Part shown: positions 40,649-54,211 of the stretch, one piece after another
Layout of the letters: every line of letters begins with the position of its first letter
Numbering within the stretch: position 1 is the first letter of the stretch
Assembly (NCBI GenBank): GCA_028023455.1
Contig: JAQFVV010000003.1
Coordinates: 16,678,001 to 16,742,000, forward strand
From: Epiperipatus broadwayi
Lineage: Eukaryota > Animalia > Onychophora
Reading direction: 5' to 3'
Length of the DNA stretch: 64,000 nucleotides
Notes under the pieces: generated by a model
The model's input: the letters and a program-made list of their open reading frames with translations, nothing else
Told to the model about the DNA's origin: nothing
Database searches by the model: none
Program-made: the position numbers and the translations under genes

Positions 40649-43600
40649 TTAATGGGAAGACTGTGTTTGCATGTCTCTGACGAAGGAATCATAATTAGGT
40701 ATATATCCTGACAAAAATAATAATAAAGAATCCTCAGTATGGGAATCAGTTAGGACAGAAATGCCGATTCACACAGGTATGTAGATCCGAAACAAGAATA
40801 AATATATTCGCTACATTTGATGATATTGGGATATTTTTTTCGGCTGACGTATTTCTAAAACCTTCTTCAAAGTTTTTAGCTTGTAAGATTAAATCAGTTT
40901 GTAAAATTATAATTTCATTTTCTAAAGCCTTTTGCTCCATATGAAATATGTTTGAAATTTTTTGGCTAATGCGTTTCACATTTAAATCTTTTTTAAAAGG
41001 AAAAGATATACATTCCACAATTTCTTTAATTTTTTCAAATTCTTGGAATCACCTAAAATCTTCAATTACTTTTTGGATTTCTGCGACATATTTGTCGATA
41101 TTATAATTAATATTTTTATGCTTTTGTAGTTGATCCACCATATTTGGAAAATAATTCAGATTATTTTGTTGCAGATCTTTTATTAGCAAAATAAATTTTG
41201 TCTTATATGCATCTACGCAGTTGATCATATGAATTACTGTTTTATTTCTACCTTTAATTCTAAATTTAAATGGTTTAACATTGAAGTAAAATCGGTTAGA
41301 AAAGCTAAGTCACTAAGTTAAGTTTCATTATTTAAATTTTCACATTTACCATCTTGCTTGCGGAGAAAATCTATTACTTCAGGCAATAAATCATGAAATT
41401 GTTGCAGAAATTTACCTCTGCTTAACCATCTTACATAAGTATGTAATAATAATTCAGGTTGGCCTTCATCGAGCTGCAGTTGGAAGAGACATCATTTGAG
41501 GGAACTTCCTCAAATTGACCTAACAATTTTAAACACTATGTCCATTATTTCTTTTGTGTTTAGTCTCTTGCTTGCCAACACTTTCTGGTGAATTATGCAG
41601 TGGTAGCTCAAAAAAGCTGGGAATTCATCTTCATTTTGACACAGGGCTATAAATCCATTTATGCGACCTATCATTGCAGCTGCACCATCTGTTGTTATGG
41701 AAACTAATTTAAAAAGTGGTACTTTCAAATCATTGAGCAATTTTTTAAAAGCTTTGAATATATTGAAACAGTCGACCTTAGTTCAAGGTCGAGTTTCACA
41801 ATCCTACTACAGTACATGTGTCATTATGTTCCATTTTTTTTTGTTTGTGGATGTAAAATGTATATATTAGATAATATTGTATCTTGTAAAAGTGTATATT
41901 TTTATTTTAATACATTATAATTTTCTTTTTCATAAAACGAAATGTAAATTCAAGATAACTGTCTAAAATAATTAAAGGGGTGGGGAGTTTGTCTTATGAT
42001 TTTAAACCAGGAAATTGTAAATTAAAATTAAAAAAGTAAAAAACTAAAACAAAGCTAATGCATTTTAGTTAGTTATTAATATTGTTTTATTCAAATCCAT
42101 TTCCAAGCAGGAAATTGATTTGAATTGATTTTAGACAGTTATCTTAAAACTGAATCTTTACTAACAATAGAGTAAAGATTCTCCTAAAATAGAGATCCAT
42201 TAGAGGCAGGAAATCTATTTTAGAATAAACATTCTCTAAGGGGCCAAAAACTGATATAAATAAAGCTAAAAATCTATTATGTTAGAGTTGGGTCAGTTGT
42301 TGCTAGGTGACTTCACGTCTGTTTGAAATTTGGGAGAACCAAATTGCCATCCGCCATCTTCAGCTGAACTTTGCCACAATGTAGCCCCAAAGAATGCCGC
42401 CTGCTGCAGCAGATTTGCCAGTGCTTCCAAAGAATCCTGAGGTAGCCAACCAAAAGACTGTATAACCGCCTTATCCACTTTTAACTATATAATTTAATTT
42501 GTAAGCTAATAATTTCATTATATTTAATGTTTTCTTAAAGCTTTGTTAACCATTTATATCAATTCTTTGCTGCCTAATTATTATTTCATCCAAATCATGC
42601 TTATTATTATTTTTATTAGTTAGTGTGGTTATGATTTAAGTTTATGACTATTTTTATATTTTCTTCCTTTTATTTATAAATGCCACTAAAAATTTAATCC
42701 TACGAACTTTTATTAAAAAGGGAAGGGGTGGGGAGTTAAAATGAGTTCTTATTAATTATTTTAAATACTTCGTAAGTTTGGGTTATATTTTAAATGAATA
42801 TTTTTATCTAAATGTTTTGTCGTAAATTTATACGAAATGTATGAACATTTTGCAATCCAGGGTGGCTATTGGTGTCTGTTAGTGTTATAAAATTTCTTAT
42901 TGATCATCATCACCACAAAGGTTGGTGACTTAAACTTAGTTTGGTAATTTGTATTCTTGTAGTTTTGCTTCCTGTGCTTGAATATTGGTTCAGGAAGGGG
43001 AAGCAATGCAGGCTTTATTAATGCTAGTTAATTTATAATCAATGGCTTTATATTACGTAGGTCATTATACTCGCATGTTATTACGTATTTGTTAAACCAT
43101 TTAAGGTTTTTCTTTAATAGTTAAATTTATTGATTTTATATTATTATGATAGCGTTGCTAGCATATATCTAATTATTTATAAGCCGCGTATGGTTTCGAT
43201 CGGATTCGCCTGTACCTCACTCCAGGGAATCACGATCATTTCACTAGTCATTCTTTCCAAGTATATATATATATATTATATACTGCTTTGAATCACCTGT
43301 ACCTTACTCCAGGGATTCAAAGCTTCATCGTTCATATCCTTGTCATAAAAGAAGTCTACGTTTACTTCTAGATTATTCAGGTTAGAGTAGATGAAGCAAT
43401 ATATAGTTTGCCGTGGTCCAGCCTATAGTATCTTCCTACCAACCTTCTTCCTGTACCATCTCAGCAGAAAGCTGGTGTGTACCATCATTATAAGAAATTG
43501 GAGAATGACCTTATCCTGGCCAAATGTGCCATTTCTTCTCGATGATATTATGCTAGCACTGCCATTTCTTACAGTTAGTTTCCATAGTTTCCAGCCTGTT

Positions 43601-45104
43601 TAGCAATGTAAATCATAATAATATGCAATATAACACGTTATGTTTTCCCTCTATTTGTTGGTGTTTAAAACCAATTTCTCGTGAAGCTGCCCTCCCTCTT
43701 TACTGAAATAAACTTTTCCCGCAAATATTGAGTTCTCGCTATATTTTATCATTAAATGTTGAAAAATATAGAAGAAATAATGTTTTATACTGCTGATCAA
43801 AAATGTATCCACATTGTAATTATTATAAATAAAATATCTAAATAAAAACAATAAACTTATGTATTAAAATCTTTTAATTAGCAAAACTCAATTATATCTT
43901 TACAAATGTATTTTTATGTATAAAATGGCCACCAAACCACTCCGACAAATCCGTCTCTTGTAACCACCGCACTAACTTAACATTTGTCAATATCAATATA
44001 ATCTTAATAATATTCGTTAATGTGTAATCAAAACAGTTTTATAAGTGTAGAGTCAATTATATATATCTAAACTCATCATCAATTATGTTCCAATAAACAT
44101 TTATATTTTAAACTTAATCCAGTTGTTCGAATCTCATTATTGATATTTATATTTATGTATACTCGTAACTTAATATTTTGGGTTCATTCAATCTCTCATC
44201 AGCATCACCAGTTGAGTATCATGTAAAACATTGTAGCATCGGGCCGGAATGTAATGAATTTATGTGGTACCACCGTAGGTGTTGTTCATAATGTTATAGA
44301 TTTGGGGAATGGGCAAATATCTTAGAATTCATGATTGCTCATGACCTGTGTATCTCGTGCATGATTGGATTTGGGGTACTTTTGCCTAGATTCTAAATCT
44401 TGTTGGATGGACATACATTTTTGACCAGTACAATATCTACACCTCCAGTTCTTTCTTTCAAAGAAATCAGATCCAATAATTCTTCTTTAGATGTAAAATC
44501 TTTAAAAACCATAGGAATGAAAACAAATAATTGTGTTGTATTACTTATATCTGTTGATTCATCACATTGAAAGAAAAAAACAAGAACATCTGTTCTTTTA
44601 CATTTCCACTCATCTTCTCAATTTGTCACACCACAGTGTTTTGAGACAGTTGTAGATCTTGAATTGCAGCAATAATTTCACTCTTGTTATGAAAATTGTT
44701 AAAAAGTGAATCTGACATTTCCAAAAAAGTTTCCTTTACAAATTTACCCTCAGAAAATGGTTTACATTTTTTTGCTAAAAGATAGCTTACTTTGAATGAT
44801 GCAATAGTTACTGCTTATGACTTCAACATTGGCTTTTTAAAAACTTTTTGTTGATTTTTTAATTGAGTTTTAAGATCCCTAACTTTACATTTTCTCAATT
44901 TGGTACTTTGTGGATAATCTGTTTGATACTTGTTATGTAAAGCTGAAAATGTCTCTCCAGATTACCCTTTTTAGCAATGGCTATCAAGATAAAGCATATT
45001 AAGCAACAACATTTATCATTCACCATTGTAAAAAAGTAGTCGAGTTCCCATTCTTCATTGAAATGATAAGTTTTCGATTTTTTTGGTTTACTACTCATGT
45101 TCAT
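40649..45104 (-). pseudogene. hAT (GTF2IRD2/SPIN/Buster-like) transposase pseudogene, split by an insertion
   Basis: N-terminus MSSKPKK...FNEEWELDYFF...CLIC...NLERHF (zinc finger), then QCDESTD, SITTDGAAAM, YHCIIHQ, VRWLSRGK, LAFLTD, FGSTYLCESAF, and C-terminus QTQSSH*. Multiple stops and frameshifts. Interrupted at 41764-44432 within GVD-IFKAF. Confidence 0.92.
41764..44432. mobile_element. Unclassified 2669-bp insertion with TG...CA ends and ATAT TSD
   Basis: Removing it restores the transposase frame (GVDIFKAFKK). TSD ATAT at 41760-41763 and 44433-44436. Begins with the hairpin TGAAAC-AG-TCGACCTT-AGTTC-AAGGTCGA-GTTTCA and ends CAGTACA. Confidence 0.8.
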
Positions 45105-47690
45105 GGGTATACTAAAATGAAAAAAGAAATACTTATGACAATTTCATTTCTCCAAACTTAACTGATAAAAATTAAATATTCAAAGTAAATAATAAATATT
45201 AAATTAAATATTTTCCAAGAAAATTAAAAACTCATGAACCGCAATCATTAATTCGTTAATGACTTCAGCTTAAATGTCTGTTGCCGAGAAGGCTCATTAA
45301 TCAAGTAAATAAATAAGAAAAGCAACAATTTAAATTAAAGCATAAGAAAAGGTACTTACATTTTAAACAGAAGAAAAATTGAAACTCAACGTGGTCACCG
45401 TTGATAGATAATATTGAATAATAATAATAATATTGTTAATACAGGGGCATTACTACATTCTGAATATTAAAGAATGAATATTTAGTAATGAAAACTGGGA
45501 GTTTTTATATCAAATCTTTCTCTTCCCTTGCATAAGTCATAATTTGTTGACAACTTTTAAGTCTTATATTTTAGTTTTTAACACTACTTTATTAAATCTT
45601 AGTAAAGACAAAAACTCCAGCTGAGTAATTGATAAATAGTGCTGGTCCAGTGATTTTTCCTTTGTCTTACATTTATTTTAAACTTTTTTTTATTTTAAAT
45701 TTCAACTCTTGGTTTCCAGGTGTAAGTCAGAATGATTTCCAAGAAATAAATCTTTTTTTAAAAAAAGAGATTTAAGTTCTGTAAAGTGTAAACATTTTCT
45801 TATATGTGTATCACTATCACACTTGAATTTAGGATTTTATATGCAAATGCAAGCAAATTTACAAACTAAATTTATAATAACTTAAAATAGATCATTTAGA
45901 AAAGTTGTAATGTTCACAAAATCTATCACATTACAATTTCCTTTGCATATATACATAGGTGTGCTTCTACACACACAATAATGTCTACACAACTTACTTT
46001 AATTTATTATTATTTTAAATTAGAACTGCATATTATAGTTATACGCATACAGATATTATTAGTTAATTAATGTGCAATATGATTATAATAACTGAATCAC
46101 AGGCTTATTATATACCTGCATCTATATATGTAATATATAGGGTATAGGAACACAGACTTTCACCTGACTCACCACTCTACTCATTAACAGAACTTTTATA
46201 CAATATTTTAGTATTAATTTAAAATATACATGGACTTAGATGGATTTGAATTAGAGAAAATTATACTACTATGAAACATAGTAGTCTGAAACTGGAAGAT
46301 AGATAAATCATACTGTTTCAATACTAAAGAAAAGAAGCTATTGTAAGACACTACCAAATATTCAAACTAAATAGCTGTTTTTTTGAGTCAATAACTGCAT
46401 GCATACTGTTGCATTTGCGTGTTACGATCACACGTTGCATTCGGTTACAAAAACATATTAAGTCAAGATTAAAAATATTATTTTCAATAATGATACGACT
46501 TATTGGACTTCAACTATCTAGAATTGAAAAAAAAAAGTAGAACAAAAACAAAAATAACAAAAAAAAAACTTGAAAATCTTGACTTAATTTGTTTCACTCG
46601 CAATTGGATAGTTCTTGCCAGCCAGTTCTTGGCAGATTGACCTTGAGATCGACCAAAATTGGCTTCGCGATTGACAGGTAAATCGCGATCGACTTTTTGG
46701 ACACCCTTGACATAAAGCAATTAACCATTTGATCATTGAAAAAGTACATACATAATTTTAAAAAATGAATTTTCTTAGATTGATAGTTAAATAAAATAAA
46801 TGGGAGTAGAAAACAATTTATAATTCACAATTCTAATTTTACATCCCTGGTATTTATTTAAAAGAGTATTGGCGGAATTGCATCTTTGGAATTTATCTTA
46901 GTTGGAAAGCACATAATGCCACTTCTCAATCGTTTACACCATTCTTCATTTAAAATTTTAATAGAACAATTTTTTTTATTATTAATATGAATTTGCATTT
47001 GTAAATTGCATAGTTTTCAAAGTTTATACAAATAAAGATAAATACATAGTACCGATTAAAACTCTTAAGAGAATTTGCCTGATGTTGTTTTAGATTAGTT
47101 ATTAGTTTGCTATTAAATAGCTAATATACATGAAAGTAAATATTTTCAAATAAAATCAATGATTTTTCTGTTTTGTTTTGTTTTAATGTAAATAATTGTT
47201 CGACACTTTTTAAACTTTAAATTGCTAAAAAAAATTTATGATTCAAAATTCTGTCGATAGATGGCAGACAAAGCTAATATATTTTATTTTTTTGAAAAGT
47301 GGAATTAATGATATACTTACATTTGTTTTACATTAAGATATTTCGTTTCTTTGGGCATAGTTACTTTATTTTAGAATTAAAATTGTTACTTATCTTAATA
47401 CTTTGAAAACAATGTTTTACTTTTTAAAATGTCACTCGTTCAATGTTAAAATATTTAAGATTTGATTTTTTATTTTTACGAGACAGTCAGTTGGTATAAT
47501 GTTTACTTCCCATTAACTTCATAGCGATTTAAAAGATTTAATAATATCAATAACATATAATATTTTTATTGATAAATTAAATCTCCTAAAGCAATTAAAA
47601 ATCTTGATATAATATATAACAATCATATATAAATAAGGATGCTTAATAGATTTCATCGATTTTGTAAAAATGTGTTTAAAACAGTATTGT

Positions 47691-48965
47691 CATCATCATT
47701 ATCATCATCAACCATTATCATTCTATTGCAAGATGGTCTCTCCAAGTTCAATTCATCTCCGATCTCTAGCCTGTTTTCTCCACATCATTCTTACACACTT
47801 TCTTATTTCATCAATTCATCTCGCATGTGATCACTTTCTGGGACTTTTACAATCTCCTGGAATCCAGTTTAAGATTTCAATTGTTCATCTATTATCATCT
47901 CTTCTAAAAATATGTCAAGTCCAACTCCATTCTTTTAATTTTTTAAAATGATGTCATTAACCCTGTTTGTTCTCTTATCCATTTATTGTGCTTTCAATCT
48001 CTTTTTAATAGTCCTAACATACATCTCTCCATACTTCTTTGAATGATCTGAAGCTTCTGTATTGCTCCTCTATTAAGTGTCAAAGTCTCGGATTCATAGG
48101 CAAGAATGTGTAAAACACATTTATTGAAAACCTTCCTTTTCAAACAAATAAGGCATATTTTCTTTTAATATTAACTTATTTCTACCAAAAGCACTCCAAC
48201 CAAGTTTAATTCTATGATTAATTTCATTCATTATATTTCCATCTATAATAACAATCTGACCAAGGTATTTGTAGTTGTTAACTTGTTCTAACTCATCATA
48301 ATCAATCTCTATTTTCATCTTTTGAACATTTACCCCTAGTTCTACTTTTTTATTTTTATCTGATAATTCTTGCAAAATTTCCTGAAGCTCTGAAACATTA
48401 TTTTCAAAAACCAAATATAGCATATGCAAAATATAAATGATCTAAATAATCTCCATTTACTTTTACTCTTTTAGCTTCCCATTTTAATCCACAAAATACT
48501 TCTTGCAGCACTGCTGTAAAAAGTTTTGGGGATATGGACAGCCTGTTTTACACCCTTCTTAATGTTAATCTTCCTGGTATTATTATGTAATCTAATTGTT
48601 GCTGTAGCATTTTTAGAAATATTCTTCAGAATATAACAAATATCCTAGATCTATACATTCATGATCCAATACTTTAATCATTGAAGAAATGCTTATAGCA
48701 TCAAATGCCTTTTTATAATCTACAAATCCAAAGCATAATGGCAACTCATATTCATTGATCCTTTCTATAATTTTTTTCAATACTTGAACATGATCTACTG
48801 TATTAAAACCACTTTTAAATCCAGCTTCTTCTTTTGGTTGGTTGAAATCTAATGTTCTCTGTAGACGAATTGTAATTATTGGTAAAATTTTTGAATAAAA
48901 CTAATAAAAGACAGATAAGTCTGTAATTTCTAATATCATATGATCACTATTTCTTATGCATGCAC
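47691..48965 (-). mobile_element. RTE-clade LINE, 3' part (RT domain plus C-terminus)
   Basis: Minus strand reads RNYRLICLL, QPKEEAGFKSGF, CFGFVDYKKAFD, SPKLFTAVLQEVF, YKYLGQ, EINHRIKLGWSAFG, GHIFRRDDNR, then a (TGA)n tail at 47691-47710. Frameshifted. Confidence 0.9.
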
Positions 48966-49195
48966 ATTACTGTTATTAAAACAGGCAAAACTCTCCATAT
49001 GTAGTGCCACTCAGTGCCAACCAGAGTAATCAATGGATGCCAGAAGTCTTGTGCATAAAATCCCTATCTAGTGCATACTCATTCAATATCCCCAGACTAG
49101 TTTCTGGCTTGTGGCCTTTATCAGTGAGGAGCCTTGGATCTGAGAGGACTGCACCTAGATCTTAGGATCTAATGCAACCCTCCAGCAGCCACCTT
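48966..49195. repeat. Dispersed repeat family member (possible RTE 5' region or SINE)
   Basis: Sub-motifs recur elsewhere: TATGGAGAGTTTTRCCTGTTTT at 18238 (21/22 to the reverse complement of 48978-48999), CTTTATCAGT-AGGA-CTTGGAT at 22043, and its reverse complement at ~19051-19080. Confidence 0.55.
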
Positions 49196-52100
49196 TTATC
49201 TCTACTTAACTACACAACTATGAGAATAAAATTGAAAACACAATAATATTTTCAATCTAAGCTTTCATATTACATAAATTCGATTTAAAGTTATCTCAGG
49301 ATTATAATATTAAAGTATAATAAATAATATTATTTAAAATTTTAATTATTCACTAATATAAATTATTATTTTTGATATAATTAAATGCAAAAGGCATTTT
49401 AATGTATTTAATTTATATCTTAAGCAATTTAAATATTAAAGTGAAAATGGTGTAAGTATATAAAACTAATGAACAACATTTCATATCAAGCAATATACTT
49501 TTAAATAAAGTATAATAATTATAAAATCATGTGACCTATAAAATTAATAGATGATGAGTGTTAACTTATTAAAGAAAAAGATGAGATAATTAGCATAAGA
49601 CAATTATTTTATTAACAATATATAATAAAAAAAATTTAAATGAATAAAATAATAACAAATTTTCTGCAATGATTATAAATATTCTTGTGACATATTTTAA
49701 TTATAGGAAATTAATGATTCCTACTTTATTACTAATTAAATTTCTTGAGTATCGCGATATGAAGTAAAATGAAAAACATTTTATTGGAGAAGATTATTAA
49801 GATCTATTCAAAAGTCTTAATTATAAATAATAAGCAAAATAAAAGAATGTTTCATTGTATATATAATTAATAATAAAAAATAATTTTATCTAGGTATCCA
49901 ACTTATAAACTCAGCTATTTCATAAAAGAGCGAAACATTAGTCCAACTTATAATTTTCTTTTTAAAATATGGCTTTATCAAGCTCATATTATGAATAAAA
50001 CAATAATATGTTGTCAGGAGCTTAACTCAACTGATCAATAATACAAGTGCCACAATATAATTGAATATACAATATATTTATAAAAATTCTGAGAGTACCT
50101 AAATGGATAAATGAAAATGGTAATATTTATAAAATATTTCAATTATATGCTTTAGATATGTTTAATTATAGAAGCAAGGAATTAAATTAATAAACCAACA
50201 AAACATAAAAATATCAGTTATTATGACTTAAGTATAACTGATAATTAATAACTTGAAATATAAAAAGTGGTCTCCATGGTACAAACAATCAATAACACAC
50301 ACTTGTCTAAATGCTAATCACAAATTTAATATACTACCAGTATATTCTTTTATTATAACTTTTATCTTGTGAAAACTTTCACTGAACAAAATAACTCTAG
50401 ATATTCTATATTAAACAAATTTGAGAAGTATAATATATCCTTATAATTGAAAATTAATTCAAAGTCTTTTTAAAAATTCAAAATATTTATTGGGGCAAAT
50501 TCTTTCAAAATGTTTAAAAGTCATTAACTCTTTTGATGTTTTTGGTTATAAAATTTTAATGAGTGGGTGGAACAAAATGTAATCTTTATGAAAGAGTAAT
50601 TAATAATGAGTTTGAACTTTTTAAATAGAATCCATTAGTAAATGAGTTTAAAATTTTCCAAAAATTACAATAAGTCATTTTATTTCCTAGGTATGATATG
50701 TAATAAATAATTCTTTGAATCTAATAATAGAAAGTTAAAAATTATTCCAAAGAATCACAATAAGTAGTTTTATTTACTGGATGTGAATCGTAGTTATTGT
50801 TCTCTCAAGAGATGACATTCATAAAGTATAACTTTTTTTTGAAATATTTATGAAGATAGAATCCATTTATTAAAAATTCATTTTAACAATAATTATTTAA
50901 TATAAAATTGTTTATCCAGATTAAAACAAAATTCATTAATTAAAATTCATTTTTTAACTATAAATGTCCAAATACTTGTGTCTATTTAGGACATTTGAAG
51001 ACTAGATAAGTGAATAACATAGGTTCAATAAAAGAAGCATTCCCATATAATTTTAAATTTTCATATTTAAAACCAAGTTTTAAAGTTGTTTTTTTTTTAA
51101 CATGCTTTTCAAAATAATGAACATGGTTAGATATTTAGTTTCCATTAAGGATAGTTTCAAAGTACATTTTGCTATTAAGGTAACAATTTATTTTGTTTTC
51201 TACTCCATTATGATAATGCTTCAAGATGCCAATATGGCTAACTTTAAATTTAAGCCCAATACAATTCACTTGCAATTAGTTAATAAAGAAGTCTCAACAA
51301 TTTTGTGTAAGAGTAATTATAGGTTTGCATCACAAAATTAACGAGATCATCAGCTTTGCTAAAAATTCTTCATTCTTTTGGCTTTTTATGGGAATTTTTT
51401 TTTTATCATTGTTGCCAGGATATAATATGTATCAGGTGATCTTTGGAAGTTTTTAAGAATTTATAGCAGAAAATTTATAATGAAATTATTTTCTAATTCC
51501 AAATAATAGTTTAAAATATTTTAAATATCATATTACATTAATAAAAAAGAAATACATATTTTACAAACAAATATTTATATTGTAAATATTAAAATAAATG
51601 ATTTTACTTTATTTATTTTCAAGTTCTTATTATAATTAATATATTATTATTAATAACAAAAATTTACTTAAATATTTTGTCATTATACTTTTCTAGATTT
51701 AAATGCATTCAAGAACTAGAATCATTCATGCACACACATACACATTTAAATTAGGTTAAAACTTTCTATCATTATTAAGTGTAATTTTAATCTTATACGC
51801 ATTCTAATAAAGTTATTCCTATACTAATATTATTTTTAAATAATTTATTTTTATTATTATTACTGTTATGATTTTTTATTCTATATTTTGTTTTGTTTTT
51901 TTAAATTAATTTTATGTATGAGAGTGTTTTTATAATTAAATATAAATTGCAATAAAAAAAATAATACACTTATTAAAAATTATGTATTTATAAAATATGT
52001 ATGAGAAGACATCTTAGATCAGTTTAATAATTTGCCTTACAAAGTAATATTGTCAATAATATTAGTATCACTTCAATAATATTATTTGTAATCATAACAA

Positions 52101-52201
52101 CAATAATAGTAATGATTAATAATATTTGTTATATTGATAAGCCAATAATTTTTTTTTTAGAAGTTCTGTTTATAACCATTAGGGCAAAAGTATATATATA
52201 T

Positions 52202-54209
52202 TGTAACAATATATAAATATGCCATTACATTAAATTGAAATAAAAACTTTTAAGTTTGCAAATAAAAATAAATGTATTAAAAAAAAAACTAAACGCTAAA
52301 ATTAAAATGTTTGTTAAACGTATATATTCGCACAGATGCTAAACTTTAAAAATATTTTTTTTATATAAATAAAAAAAAAGTATTTGAACATACTATTTTA
52401 TAAAAAAGTACAAGATTTAAAGATAAGATATTTTTGTAGATGAAAATGATTGTTTATTAATTATCCAAAAGCTGTGTAATTAAAAAGTCAGATGAAAAAT
52501 AGATAAGTTAATAAAGAGATTTTAGCTTGACCAATGGAAGGAAATAAAGGCCTGGACCATAATGAAAAAAATGGAACAGTGACGTTTTTGTTCGTGGAAT
52601 CCATAGGAGGACTATAAAAAGAAAAAATATTGGGTTCCAATCAGTTTCCAACTTGATTTGGTAAGAAGAATGACAAGACGCACTTGTCGTTCTCTATCAC
52701 TTATTTTAAAAATGAAAAGACTGTGATACCAGAATGGAAACAGCTAATGCCACTTCCAGAACATTATCTTCCAATGGAGACATTGCGGGAATTAAAAAAC
52801 AGGAACCTGAACTCTTCTACCATAAGTTATATGAACTGAACAATTGTTAAAATCATAAAATTAATTAAGAACTTTCGTCAAGAGTTGACAAATTAATAAA
52901 CAATCCAACTTAAATGTTAAAATGGACTCTTATCTGACTTTTGTAAGTTTTTAGATCAAATTAATAATGTTTAAATTTATATGTTTTGCGTTTGATAAAC
53001 ATCATTTCCATTATTTTTTTTTTATTGTATAAATTATTTAAATGCATAAAATTTAAGTTCGTTAATGGTTAATTGTGTTGCTGTTTCATATTCAATTGGA
53101 ATATATAAGTCATTGGTGTCATTGCAGCATCTTATGTTGAATGCGACTGGGCTTCTTGTATTCCCTCTGCAATTGACATTATCGATGACTTTGTATTTTG
53201 ATCGGTTATGTTTATTCTGGAATGTTTTGACCATGGAATCTATGCAGCCAATCTATACTCAACATTATAAAACAAATTTTATAAAATTCATCTGTGCGAA
53301 CATATCTAAATGTTAAATTAAGTCGGGTGTAAATGGCTATATAGATTTGTAAAGTTATATATATATAGTTTAAGGGAGAGTAATCTTAGGTTATTTGTTT
53401 CATAGTTAAATTGGGTCAATGGATTAGATGTATTGATGTAATTAGTAAATGTAGCAGGAGATCCACTATGGGCAGGATTGCATATATATGCCACACACCC
53501 CCTGTTTGCCTAATGGAATTGGATAGTAAGACGGAAGACGCGATCCATTCCTATGGAGTTTTTTGTTTATTGTTCTTCTCGCCAACAGATGTAGCATTCC
53601 TGTTTGGTTGAGAGACAATGTCTTCTCTAACTATACTGTTCAGATGTACATTCCTGACAGTATAGTATATTTAGTGCTGTTGTATTTTCATGCTACATTG
53701 AATACATTAATGTATCAGATGGATTGACGCTGGTTTGACTGCGAACTTTTTGCCTAAGGTTAAATAAAGGAAAGAATATTTTCTTTTCAAATGCAGATCT
53801 ATGTAGTTTATTCATACTCGACTCTCTAAATAAATATTAAACCTATTATTGCAATCTATTTAAAATTAAAAAGTTAATATAAAAATCTAAATGTTAAATT
53901 TATTCCTCAAACTTTAAAACGATTCAAATTTTATATGTGCATAAATAAATATTTGTTTGTTATTTATTGGCAGTGGCTTTTATTTTTTTATATATATTTG
54001 AGATACAAATTAATCAAGTTATTTATTATCTCTGTGTCTCCATGAGCTAGTGATTTGGGCTAACGATCTGAATATTTAAATAAAGTGGAATCTTAACAGC
54101 ATGTACCTGCCTACTTTATAAATTTTTCTAGGTTCGAATGCCTAGATGGCACCCTTGTAGTGCAGATTGCGGTTAGATTTGATCTCCACTCTCTTTCCGG
54201 ATCGTTATA
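52202..54209 (+). mobile_element. Outer element 5' LTR (2008 bp)
   Basis: TGTAAC...ATCGTTATA termini, TATA-like GCATATATATGC near 53480, followed 2 nt later by a PBS. Near-identical to the second copy. Confidence 0.85.
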
Positions 54210-54211
54210 AC

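Larger units (their letters stand above)
40371..46709 (-). mobile_element. hAT DNA transposon, Buster/SPIN-like, with both termini
   Basis: Ends CAGGGGTGGCCAA and TTGGACACCCTTG are imperfect TIRs. Subterminal GCGATCGAC motifs occur at both ends. The 8-bp flanks ATATAGAG and ACATAAAG match at 6/8 and have the central TA typical of Buster targets. Confidence 0.9.
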
